The translations under genes were made by a program, and so were the position numbers. Below, piece by piece: positions 34,708-46,255 of a stretch of 64,000 bases of DNA. The notes under the pieces are model-generated. The model was not told the origin of the DNA. It made no database searches and saw only the letters and a list, made by a program, of their open reading frames with translations. Origin of the DNA: Acutalibacteraceae bacterium (GTDB lineage Bacteria; Bacillota; Clostridia; Oscillospirales; Acutalibacteraceae); the NCBI GenBank assembly GCA_045535295.1, contig JAZSLI010000014.1, positions 55,613 to 119,612 of the forward strand, written 5' to 3'. The stretch's first letter is position 1, and the number at the start of each line of letters is the position of its first letter.

Positions 34708-36084
34708 ATGCTTGAATTATCAAATTCAACTAATTTATTAGAGCAAAAAAGTTATAAATATTCTCTACAAGATGTTAAGGAGCCAAATCTTTATCGTGAC
34801 CTATATAGTTATGAGGATGTTCCTAAGGTATCCTTTAACCATAGGCGTGTTCCTATGGGTATGCCAAATGATATTTGGATTACTGATACATCTCTTCGAG
34901 ATGGTCAGCAATCGGTTGAGCCATATTCCGTTGAACAAATAGTTACCTTGTTCAAGCTTATGTCAAAGCTTGGCGGTCCTTATGGTATAATTCGTCAAAC
35001 TGAATTCTTTGTTTATAGTAAGAAGGATAGGCAGGCTCTTGAAAAATGTCAGGCTTTGGGACTTAAATTCCCCGAAATCACAACCTGGATAAGAGCAAAC
35101 AAGGAAGATTTTAAGCTTGTTAAGGACCTTGGAATTAGAGAAACGGGAATTTTGGTTTCTTGTAGTGATTATCACATTTTCAAAAAGCTTAAAATGACAA
35201 GAAAGCAGGCTATGGATACATATTTAGCCGCAGTAGCGCAAGCTTTTGAAGCGGGTGTTATGCCTCGTTGTCATTTAGAGGATATTACCAGAGCTGACTT
35301 TTACGGATTCGTTGTTCCTTTTGTTAACGAATTAATGAAAATGTCAAAGGATGCAGGTATACCCGTTAGAATTCGTGCTTGTGACACGATGGGTTACGGT
35401 GTGCCATATAGTGAGGTTGCAATTCCAAGAAGTGTTCCCGGAATAATTTATGGCTTACAGCATTATTCTGATGTGCCAAGTGAAATGCTTGAATGGCATG
35501 GCCATAATGATTTTTACAAGGCAGTTGCCAACGCTTCAACCGCTTGGCTTTATGGCGCCTCGGCAGTTAACTGTTCACTTTTGGGAATAGGCGAGAGAAC
35601 GGGTAATGTTCCGCTTGAAGCAATGATTATGGAATATGCATCGCTTAGAGGATCGCTTGACGGTATGGATACAACGGTTATCACAGAAATTGCCGATTAT
35701 TTCAAAAATGAAATGGGTTATGAAATTCCACCCATGACTCCCTTTGTTGGAAGAAACTTTAATGTTACCCGTGCAGGTATTCACGCAGATGGTCTTTTAA
35801 AGGATGAGGAAATTTATAATATTTTCAACACCGAAAAACTTCTTAATAGACCCGCATCTGTTACAATTAGTAAAACAAGTGGACTTGCCGGTATTGCTTA
35901 TTGGATTAATAATACCTATCATCTAGTAGGTACTGAGGCATTAGATAAAAAAGACCCGCTTGTTGTTAAATTGAAGGAATGGGTTGATAAAGAATATGAG
36001 GATGGCAGACAAACTGCCCTTTCTAATGTCGAGCTTGAGAATAAAATCTATGAGCTTTCATTCGGAAAATATAAAATGTTGTAA
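34708..36084 (+). CDS. Re-citrate synthase-like enzyme (HMGL/isopropylmalate-homocitrate synthase family)
   Basis: The HMGL-like N-terminal motif is TDTSLRDGQQS, with H-x-H (WHGHND). The gene is clustered with aconitase and isocitrate dehydrogenase rather than with leu or nif genes. I prefer the ATG at 34708, which has AAGGAG upstream. Confidence 0.6.
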   Translation: MLELSNSTNLLEQKSYKYSLQDVKEPNLYRDLYSYEDVPKVSFNHRRVPMGMPNDIWITDTSLRDGQQSVEPYSVEQIVTLFKLMSKLGGPYGIIRQTEFFVYSKKDRQALEKCQALGLKFPEITTWIRANKEDFKLVKDLGIRETGILVSCSDYHIFKKLKMTRKQAMDTYLAAVAQAFEAGVMPRCHLEDITRADFYGFVVPFVNELMKMSKDAGIPVRIRACDTMGYGVPYSEVAIPRSVPGIIYGLQHYSDVPSEMLEWHGHNDFYKAVANASTAWLYGASAVNCSLLGIGERTGNVPLEAMIMEYASLRGSLDGMDTTVITEIADYFKNEMGYEIPPMTPFVGRNFNVTRAGIHADGLLKDEEIYNIFNTEKLLNRPASVTISKTSGLAGIAYWINNTYHLVGTEALDKKDPLVVKLKEWVDKEYEDGRQTALSNVELENKIYELSFGKYKML

Positions 36085-36096
36085 AGGAGATATCAA

Positions 36097-36741
36097 ATGA
36101 TAGAGCATAAAACTGTATCTCTTGCTGATCAGGTTTTCGAACATTTAGAAAATGATATTTTAAGTGGAAAACACCAGCGTGGCGAGATTTTAACAGAAAG
36201 CAAGCTCAGTTCTCAACTAGGTGTTAGTAGAACTCCAATAAGAGAAGCATTGCGTCGTCTTGAACAGGAGCATTTAATTGAGGAATCGGGCAAAGGTTCT
36301 GTTGTTATTGGAATAACCGATAAGGATTTAGAGGATATTTTTGCAATTAGAACAAGCCTTGAAAGTATGGTTGCATCTATTGTTGCTAACAAGCGCTCTA
36401 ACGATGAGTTGGCAGAATTAAAGGAAACCCTTGAACTGCAAGAATTTTATTTATCCAAACAGGATGCTGACCGCATTAAGCTTATGGATAATAAATTTCA
36501 TCAAACCCTTTATAGGTTGAGCGGCAGTATGACCTTTTATGATGTGCTTGTTCCGCTTCACAAAAAGGTTCAAAAATATCGTAAAGCTTCGGTTGAGAGC
36601 AAGAGCCGAGCTATTGAATCGGTTAATGAACATAGAAAAATTTTTGAGGCCATTGAGGAGCAAAATCCCGAAATGGCAGCTCTTTATGCAAAAGAGCATA
36701 TCGAAAACGCATATAACCACATAATTAGAAAGGATAAGTAA
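36097..36741 (+). CDS. GntR-family transcriptional regulator (FadR/FCD subfamily)
   Basis: The winged HTH is LSSQLGVSRTPIREALRRLEQEHLI. The C-terminus is all-helical, as in an FCD-like domain. Confidence 0.85.
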   Translation: MIEHKTVSLADQVFEHLENDILSGKHQRGEILTESKLSSQLGVSRTPIREALRRLEQEHLIEESGKGSVVIGITDKDLEDIFAIRTSLESMVASIVANKRSNDELAELKETLELQEFYLSKQDADRIKLMDNKFHQTLYRLSGSMTFYDVLVPLHKKVQKYRKASVESKSRAIESVNEHRKIFEAIEEQNPEMAALYAKEHIENAYNHIIRKDK

Positions 36742-36743
36742 AA

Positions 36744-38675
36744 ATGGGTTTAACTATTGCACAAAAGATTATTAAATCACATCTTATAAGCGGAGATATG
36801 ACGGTGGGAAACGAGGTTGCGCTTAAAATTGATCAAACCTTAACACAGGATGCTACCGGCACAATGGCATATCTCGAATTTGAAACAATGGGAATTGAGC
36901 GTGTTAAAACCGAGAAAAGCGTTGCTTATATTGACCATAATACACTGCAATCAGGCTTCGAAAATGCTGATGACCATAGGTATATTCAATCGGTTTGTAA
37001 AAAACATGGAATTTATTTTTCCCGACCAGGTAACGGAATTTGCCATCAGGTTCATCTTGAACGATTTGGCAAGCCGGGTAAAACCTTAATTGGTTCTGAT
37101 AGCCACACCCCAACAGGCGGAGGAATTGGTATGCTTGCAATGGGCGCAGGTGGTCTCGATGTTGCGGTTGCTATGGGTGGCGGAGCTTACTATATAACAA
37201 TGCCTAAAATGTATAAGGTTAATCTTACAGGAAAGCTAAATCCGTTTGTTACTGCTAAGGATATTAGCCTTGAAATTTTGAGAATTTTATCGGTTAAAGG
37301 CGGAGTTGGTGCTATAATCGAATGGGGTGGAGAGGGTATTAAAAACCTTTCAGTACCCGAAAGAGCAACAATAACTAATATGGGCACTGAGCTTGGCGCT
37401 ACAACTTCGATTTTCCCGTCAGACGAAATTACAAAGAAGTTTTTAATCGCCGAAGGCAGAGGAGAGGATTATGTTGAATTAAAGAGTGATGAGGATGCTA
37501 TTTATGATAAGGTGATAGATATTAACTTATCTGAGTTAAAGCCTCTTATTGCTTGTCCTCATAGTCCTGATAATATTGTAACGGTTGAGTCATTAAAAGG
37601 CACAAAGGTTGACCAGGTTTGTATTGGTTCTTGCACAAATTCTTCCTTGCTTGATATGCTTCAAGTTGCGGCATTGCTTAAAGGCAAGGTTATTGACCCA
37701 TCAGTTAGTCTTTCAATTTCTCCCGGTTCAAAGCAGGTTTTAAAGATGCTTTCGGACTGTGGCGCTTTAACAGATATTCTTTCAAGCGGAGCTCGTCTTT
37801 TAGAGTGTGCTTGCGGACCTTGTATTGGAATGGGCTTTTCGCCAAATTCCGCAGGCATTTCTCTTAGAACCTTTAACCGTAATTTCTTAGGTCGCAGCGG
37901 AACCGCTGATGCAGGTGTTTATCTTGTATCGCCCGAAACTGCTGTTGCAGCAGCGTTAACGGGTGAAATTACCGACCCGAGACTTTTAGGCACTATGCCA
38001 AGGGTTAAAATGCCAAAGAAATTTGTCATTGATGACTCGGCAGTTATTGCCCCTGCCTCACCCGAGCAGGCAAAAGACCTTGAAGTGTTAAGAGGTCCTA
38101 ATATAAAACCCTTCCCGCAGGAAATTCCGCAAGAGGATTCTTTAACCGCTGAATTAGCACTTAAAGTTGAAGATAATATCACTACCGACCATATTATGCC
38201 GGCGGGTGCTAAAATTCTTCCTTACCGTTCAAATATTCCTCATCTTTCTAAGTTTTGCTTTGGTGTTTGCGATACCACTTTCCCCGAAAGAGCAAAGGCA
38301 CTTGGCAGAAGTATAATTGTTGGTGGTGCTAATTACGGTCAAGGCTCTTCTCGTGAGCACGCAGCATTAGTTCCTATGTATTTAGGTGTTCGTGCTGTTA
38401 TTACCAAGAGCTTTGCAAGAATTCACGTTGCAAATCTTATAAATGCAGGAATAATGCCTTTAACCTTTAAAAATCCTGATGATTACGATAAGCTTACCCA
38501 GGGTGACAAATTAACCTTAACCGATATTTTCAGCGGTATGGATAATGGCGAAATAATCTTGAAAAACGAAACAACCGGTGAAAGCTTTGAGCTTTGTTGT
38601 TCATTCACCGAACGTCAAAAAGCAATTTTAAAAGCAGGCGGACTGCTATCTTATACAAAGAATGGAGATAACTAA
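36744..38675 (+). CDS. Aconitate hydratase
   Basis: The Fe-S ligand regions IGSDSHT, GSCTNSS and CGPCIGMG are present. The swivel domain has NYGQGSSREHAA. Confidence 0.9.
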   Translation: MGLTIAQKIIKSHLISGDMTVGNEVALKIDQTLTQDATGTMAYLEFETMGIERVKTEKSVAYIDHNTLQSGFENADDHRYIQSVCKKHGIYFSRPGNGICHQVHLERFGKPGKTLIGSDSHTPTGGGIGMLAMGAGGLDVAVAMGGGAYYITMPKMYKVNLTGKLNPFVTAKDISLEILRILSVKGGVGAIIEWGGEGIKNLSVPERATITNMGTELGATTSIFPSDEITKKFLIAEGRGEDYVELKSDEDAIYDKVIDINLSELKPLIACPHSPDNIVTVESLKGTKVDQVCIGSCTNSSLLDMLQVAALLKGKVIDPSVSLSISPGSKQVLKMLSDCGALTDILSSGARLLECACGPCIGMGFSPNSAGISLRTFNRNFLGRSGTADAGVYLVSPETAVAAALTGEITDPRLLGTMPRVKMPKKFVIDDSAVIAPASPEQAKDLEVLRGPNIKPFPQEIPQEDSLTAELALKVEDNITTDHIMPAGAKILPYRSNIPHLSKFCFGVCDTTFPERAKALGRSIIVGGANYGQGSSREHAALVPMYLGVRAVITKSFARIHVANLINAGIMPLTFKNPDDYDKLTQGDKLTLTDIFSGMDNGEIILKNETTGESFELCCSFTERQKAILKAGGLLSYTKNGDN

Positions 38676-38676
38676 T

Positions 38677-39825
38677 ATGGAAAACTATGTTAACAGCGCT
38701 GTTGAACAATTTAGAACAATTTTGGAGGAGCAAATTGCCCGCCAAAGAAAAATGGAGCAGGATAAGGCCTACACTGATTATAAAAGCCTCGATAAAATTA
38801 TAATTGGCGTTTGCGGCGGAGACGGTATCGGCCCGATTATTTCGGCTGAATCTGAGAGATTATTAAAGTTCATCTTAAAGGATGAAATTGCAGCCGGCAA
38901 GGTAGAAATTCGCACTATTGAGGGTCTTACCATTGAAAATAGAATTGCGCATAACAAGGCAATTCCTGATGACGTTTTGGCTGAGATTAAGGCTTGTAAT
39001 GTAATTCTTAAAGCACCAACCACCACATTAAAGGGCGGAACTCTCGAAAGCGCAAATGTTGCTATGAGACGTGAGCTTGACCTTTATGCTAACGTTCGCC
39101 CTGTTTGCGTTCCTGAGGATAATATTGACTGGACGTTTTTCAGAGAAAATACCGAGGGTGAATATGTTTTAGGTTCACGAGGCGTTGAAATTCCCGATAC
39201 CTTGGCTTTTGATTTCAAGGTAACTACTAATGAAGGAACAAAGAGAATTGCCCGTGCTGCTTTCGAGTATGCTAAAAATAACGGTAAAACTAATGTTGCC
39301 ATTGTTACAAAGGCAAATATTATGAAGAAGACCGATGGTAAATTCTCAGAAATTTGTCATGAGGTTGCAAAGGATTACCCCGGTATAGAGGCTGAGGATT
39401 GGTATATTGATATTATGACCGCTAACCTTGTTAATCCTCGTGTTCGTTCAAAGTTCCAGGTTATTCTTCTTCCTAACCTTTATGGCGATATTATCACCGA
39501 TGAGGCCGCTCAACTACAAGGCGGTGTTGGTACTGCGGGAAGTGCAAACCTTGGCGATGTTTATTCAATGTTTGAGGCTATTCACGGTTCGGCTCCCAGA
39601 ATGATGGAAGAGGGCAGAGGTCAATACGCTAACCCAACAAGTATGTTCAAGGCAAGCGAAATGCTGCTTCGCCATATTGGATTTACTGAATATGCTAATA
39701 AGCTTGATAAGGCTTTGCATATTTGCACAGAGCTTGAGCCTAAATATGTTATAACCGGCAGAAGCGATGGCGCAACCTGCTCTGAGCTGGGTGACTATTT
39801 AATGGAGACAATTACTAAACTATAA
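38677..39825 (+). CDS. icd: Isocitrate dehydrogenase (isocitrate/isopropylmalate dehydrogenase family)
   Basis: NLYGDIITDEAAQLQGGVGTAGSAN and the family fold are present. The gene lies directly after aconitase. I prefer the ATG at 38677, which starts just after the aconitase stop. Confidence 0.8.
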   Translation: MENYVNSAVEQFRTILEEQIARQRKMEQDKAYTDYKSLDKIIIGVCGGDGIGPIISAESERLLKFILKDEIAAGKVEIRTIEGLTIENRIAHNKAIPDDVLAEIKACNVILKAPTTTLKGGTLESANVAMRRELDLYANVRPVCVPEDNIDWTFFRENTEGEYVLGSRGVEIPDTLAFDFKVTTNEGTKRIARAAFEYAKNNGKTNVAIVTKANIMKKTDGKFSEICHEVAKDYPGIEAEDWYIDIMTANLVNPRVRSKFQVILLPNLYGDIITDEAAQLQGGVGTAGSANLGDVYSMFEAIHGSAPRMMEEGRGQYANPTSMFKASEMLLRHIGFTEYANKLDKALHICTELEPKYVITGRSDGATCSELGDYLMETITKL

Positions 39826-42693
<2,868 letters not shown>

Positions 42694-42790
42694 TAAAAAT
42701 CAGGTGTTAGCGTGAAAAATCACGCTAAACAAATATAGAGATGCGTATTTCTCGCCGATTACTCGGCAACCGAAATACATGCGTTATAAT

Positions 42791-42847
42791 AATCACCATA
42801 TCCGTGATTTTATATCGCATTTTGTGTCTTGAAAAGATATGGTGATT
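42791..42847 (+). promoter_or_regulatory. 12-bp perfect inverted repeat able to sequester the proB ribosome-binding site
   Basis: aatcaccatatc (42791-42802) pairs with gatatggtgatt (42836-42847). The 3' arm contains the GGTGA that lies 5 nt upstream of the proB ATG at 42851. Confidence 0.3.
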
Positions 42848-42850
42848 ATT

Positions 42851-43621
42851 ATGAGAATTGTTGTTAAAATCGGAACCTCAACCTTGGCTCATAAAACGGG
42901 TAGAATAAATATTCGTCGAGTTGAAGAGCTTTGCAAGGTTATGAGTGATTTAAAAAATGCAGGGCACGAGCTAATTTTAGTTTCGTCCGGTGCTATTGGT
43001 ATGGGTGTTGGTAAGCTTATGCTTGGTGCAAAGCCTACTGATATCCCAACAAAGCAGGCAGCGGCTGCGGTTGGTCAATGTGAGTTAATGTATGTTTATG
43101 ACAAGATTTTTTCGGAATATAATCACAATGTTGCTCAAATCCTTATAACAGGTGAGGATATTGAGCATAGTGACCGCAGAGTAAATTTTGAAAACACTAT
43201 GCGCCGACTTTTAGAGCTAAACGTTTTACCAATTGTTAACGAAAATGACTCTATTGCAACCGACGAAATTGTTATTGGTGATAATGATACATTGGGCGCC
43301 ATTGTTGCCACAACACTCGAAGCAGACCTGCTTATAATTTTATCTGATATTAATGGGTTTTACACTGCCGATCCGCATAAAGACCCTTTGGCAAAGCTAT
43401 TGCACAGAATAACCGAAATTACCCCTGAAATCGAGGCTATGATCGGAGGAGTTGGCAGTGAGCTCGGAACGGGTGGAATGACAACTAAAATCAGCGCCGC
43501 TAAAATAGTTAATCAATGCGGCATTGATATGGTTATCGCTAACGGTAATAATCCCGATATTCTTTATGATATTGTTGAAGGCAAGGATATCGGAACAAGA
43601 TTTGTTGGTAGAAAGGCATAA
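42851..43621 (+). CDS. proB: Glutamate 5-kinase (short form lacking a PUA domain)
   Basis: The protein starts MRIVVKIGTSTL and contains SSGAIGMG and NENDSIATDE. It ends after the kinase domain. Confidence 0.9.
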   Translation: MRIVVKIGTSTLAHKTGRINIRRVEELCKVMSDLKNAGHELILVSSGAIGMGVGKLMLGAKPTDIPTKQAAAAVGQCELMYVYDKIFSEYNHNVAQILITGEDIEHSDRRVNFENTMRRLLELNVLPIVNENDSIATDEIVIGDNDTLGAIVATTLEADLLIILSDINGFYTADPHKDPLAKLLHRITEITPEIEAMIGGVGSELGTGGMTTKISAAKIVNQCGIDMVIANGNNPDILYDIVEGKDIGTRFVGRKA

Positions 43622-43623
43622 AT

Positions 43624-44856
43624 ATGACTGAAACGATTGAATTGCTTAAAAGGGCGAAGGCGGTGTCAAATTTTGCGCCTCTTTCAACCGAAAAGAAAAA
43701 CGAAGCATTAAAGGCTATGGCAGATTATCTGCTTATTAGCGCCGATGAAATTTTGGTTGCTAATGAGCTTGATATTGCAAAGGCTAAAACTTTGATTAGC
43801 CCTGTAATGCTTGACCGTTTGAGACTTGATATAACAAGAATTCAAGGTATGGCTAACGGAATTTTAGAGGTTGCCGCATTACCTGACCCCGTTTTTAGCA
43901 TTTTAGAGCAAACCGAACATAATAATGGACTTGCAATAACTAAAACCTCTGTTCCGTTTGGTGTTGTTGCTATAATTTACGAGAGTCGTCCAAATGTAAC
44001 CTCTGATGCGGCGGCACTATCCTTTAAAAGTGGAAATGTTTGCGTTTTAAGGGGTGGCAAAGAGGCATATAATAGCTCATTTGCCATTGTTTCGGCCTTG
44101 AAAAAAGGTCTTAAATCGGTTGGGGTTGATGAGGACTATATAAACCTTGTTGAAGATACAACCCGCCAAAGCGCCGCAGAGCTTATGACGGCGGTAGGCT
44201 TTGTTGACCTTTTAATTCCCAGAGGTGGCAAGGGACTTATTAAGGCTTGCACCGAAAATGCCAAGGTTCCATGTATAGAAACGGGAACCGGTATCTGCCA
44301 TATTTATGTTGATGAACATGCCGATTTTGAAAAAGCACTTAATATTATTGATAATGCTAAAACAAGTCGCCCTTCTGTATGTAATGCAGCTGAGGTTTGT
44401 CTGGTTAATAGGAAAATTGCGCCAGAATTTTTACCCTTGTTGACAGAAAAATTAAGCGGTAGGGTAGAGCTTATCGGTGATAATGAGGTTTTAAGGTTTA
44501 TTCCTGTTACTTTGGCGGATAATAATTCCTTTGATACTGAGTTTCTTGATTATAAAATGGCGATTAAGCTCGTTGATAGCGTTGTTGAGGCTACCGAGCA
44601 TATTTCGGTTCATTCAACCCATCATAGCGAGAGTATTATTACCGAAAATAGCGAAAATGCGAATTATTTCGTTTCACTCGTTGATTCGGCGGCAGTTTAT
44701 GTTAATGCTTCAACCCGTTTTACTGATGGCGGTGAGTTTGGTCTTGGTTGCGAGATGGGTATTTCAACCCAAAAGCTGCACGCAAGAGGTCCAATGGGAT
44801 TACGAGAATTAAATACTTATAAATATATAATTAAGGGTGACGGTCAAATTAGATAG
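43624..44856 (+). CDS. proA: Gamma-glutamyl phosphate reductase
   Basis: This is an aldehyde dehydrogenase-type fold with a catalytic Cys region (PSVCNAAE) and a C-terminal STQKLHARGPMGL block. It follows proB. Confidence 0.9.
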   Translation: MTETIELLKRAKAVSNFAPLSTEKKNEALKAMADYLLISADEILVANELDIAKAKTLISPVMLDRLRLDITRIQGMANGILEVAALPDPVFSILEQTEHNNGLAITKTSVPFGVVAIIYESRPNVTSDAAALSFKSGNVCVLRGGKEAYNSSFAIVSALKKGLKSVGVDEDYINLVEDTTRQSAAELMTAVGFVDLLIPRGGKGLIKACTENAKVPCIETGTGICHIYVDEHADFEKALNIIDNAKTSRPSVCNAAEVCLVNRKIAPEFLPLLTEKLSGRVELIGDNEVLRFIPVTLADNNSFDTEFLDYKMAIKLVDSVVEATEHISVHSTHHSESIITENSENANYFVSLVDSAAVYVNASTRFTDGGEFGLGCEMGISTQKLHARGPMGLRELNTYKYIIKGDGQIR

Positions 44857-44868
44857 GAGTTGTAAAAT

Positions 44869-45678
44869 ATGTCGGCTGTTAAATTTGGGTTTATTGGATG
44901 CGGTAATATGGGCTCGGCTTTGGCAAAGGCAGTTTGCAGGTCACAAGGCGGAGGCAACGTTTTACTTTCGGATATTTCTATCAATAAGGCGGAGCTTTTA
45001 TCACAGGAATTAGGGAGCTTATGTGCTGATACCGCTTCGGTTGCCACTAACGCAAAATATATTTTTTTGGGTGTTAAGCCTCAGGTTATGCCTGAGCTGA
45101 TTAAGGAATTAACTCCTATCTTTGAAAATAGGAAAGATAGATTTGTCCTTATCACGATGGCGGCGGGAGTTAAGGTTTCTTCTATTTGCAATTATTTTGG
45201 AAAAAGTTATCCAATTATTAGAATAATGCCTAATACACCTGTTTCGGTGGCGAAGGGAATGATTTTATATACAACCTCAAAAGAGGTTTTAGATGAGGAA
45301 ATAAACGATTTTTGTAAAGCTCTTGAATTTGCAGGAAAGCTCGATAAAATTGATGAAGAATTTATTGATGCTGCCTCTGCACTTTCAGGCTGCGGACCAG
45401 CCTTTGTTTATATGTTTGCTGAGAGTCTTGCCAATGCGGGCGAAAAATGCGGTTTAACAAGAGAAAAAGCCTTGCTTTATGCCTCTCAAACCCTTTCGGG
45501 TGCTGCCGAGCTTTTATTAACCTCTAATAAAAATCCATCGGTTTTAAGAGAAGAGGTTTGCAGTCCCGGTGGAAGCACTATTGAAGGTGTTAGAAAGCTT
45601 GAAAACAATGGATTTAATTCTTCGGTTATAGAGGCGGTAGAGGCTTCATTTAAGCGCACAAAGGAGCTTGGAAAATAA
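44869..45678 (+). CDS. proC: Pyrroline-5-carboxylate reductase
   Basis: The NADP-binding site is FIGCGNMG, and the C-terminus has SPGGSTIEG. Confidence 0.9.
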   Translation: MSAVKFGFIGCGNMGSALAKAVCRSQGGGNVLLSDISINKAELLSQELGSLCADTASVATNAKYIFLGVKPQVMPELIKELTPIFENRKDRFVLITMAAGVKVSSICNYFGKSYPIIRIMPNTPVSVAKGMILYTTSKEVLDEEINDFCKALEFAGKLDKIDEEFIDAASALSGCGPAFVYMFAESLANAGEKCGLTREKALLYASQTLSGAAELLLTSNKNPSVLREEVCSPGGSTIEGVRKLENNGFNSSVIEAVEASFKRTKELGK

Positions 45679-45688
45679 GTTCCTAAAG

Positions 45689-45725
45689 GGATGGCAAAAT
45701 ATTTTGCCATCCTTATTTATTTTAT
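45689..45725 (+). terminator. Rho-independent terminator after proC
   Basis: A 12-bp perfect palindrome (ggatggcaaaat / attttgccatcc) is followed by a T-rich run. Confidence 0.75.
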
Positions 45726-45746
45726 AGAATATTTACATTTAAATGC

Positions 45747-45792
45747 TTGACAATAAGGGTATATAGGTCTATAATTAGTTAGCAAACTAACT
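45747..45792 (+). promoter_or_regulatory. Consensus promoter plus palindromic operator upstream of the MarR gene
   Basis: TTGACA (45747-45752) is followed by a 17-nt spacer and TATAAT (45770-45775). The palindrome AGTTAG-caaa-CTAACT follows at 45777-45792, around the expected start site. Confidence 0.55.
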
Positions 45793-45808
45793 TTTTAGGT
45801 GGTGTGGT

Positions 45809-46255
45809 ATGAACAAAGAAAATGATATTGGTTTTGCTGTTAGAAGACTTTCGAATTTAATAAAGAGGGATGTTGAAAATTCCCGTTCAAAATTAGGGCT
45901 TGACCGTGTTAAAGGCGTTAACGGTTGGGCAATTTCTTATTTTTACGAAAATAGAAAAAATAATATATTTCAAAAGGATTTTGAAAATCATTTTTCAATA
46001 CGTTCATCAACTGCGAGTAATATTTTAAAAACAATGGAAACAAAAGGCTTTATTGAAAGAGTAAGCTTTAATACAGATGCGAGGCTTAAAAAAATTGTGC
46101 TAACTGATAAAGCGATTGAAATTTATAGGAAAATTACCAAGGATATTGAGCAAAGAGAGAAGCTTTTAAGAACAAATGTTAATGATGATGAATTAAAGAT
46201 ATTCTTTAAAGTTATAAAGCAGCTATCTAAAAATATGGAGGACCAAAATGATTAA
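45809..46255 (+). CDS. MarR-family transcriptional regulator
   Basis: The winged-helix block is SSTASNILKTMETKGFIERV...DARLKKIVLTDKA. The protein is 148 aa and lies upstream of the ABC exporter genes. Confidence 0.75.
   Translation: MNKENDIGFAVRRLSNLIKRDVENSRSKLGLDRVKGVNGWAISYFYENRKNNIFQKDFENHFSIRSSTASNILKTMETKGFIERVSFNTDARLKKIVLTDKAIEIYRKITKDIEQREKLLRTNVNDDELKIFFKVIKQLSKNMEDQND

Noticed and set aside
42711-42732. The hairpin ttagcgtga-aaaa-tcacgctaa after the GH2 gene, considered as a terminator.
   Set aside because: It has a good 9-bp stem but is followed by ACAAATAT rather than a U-tract on either strand. I therefore do not call it an intrinsic terminator. It may still pause or stabilise the transcript.
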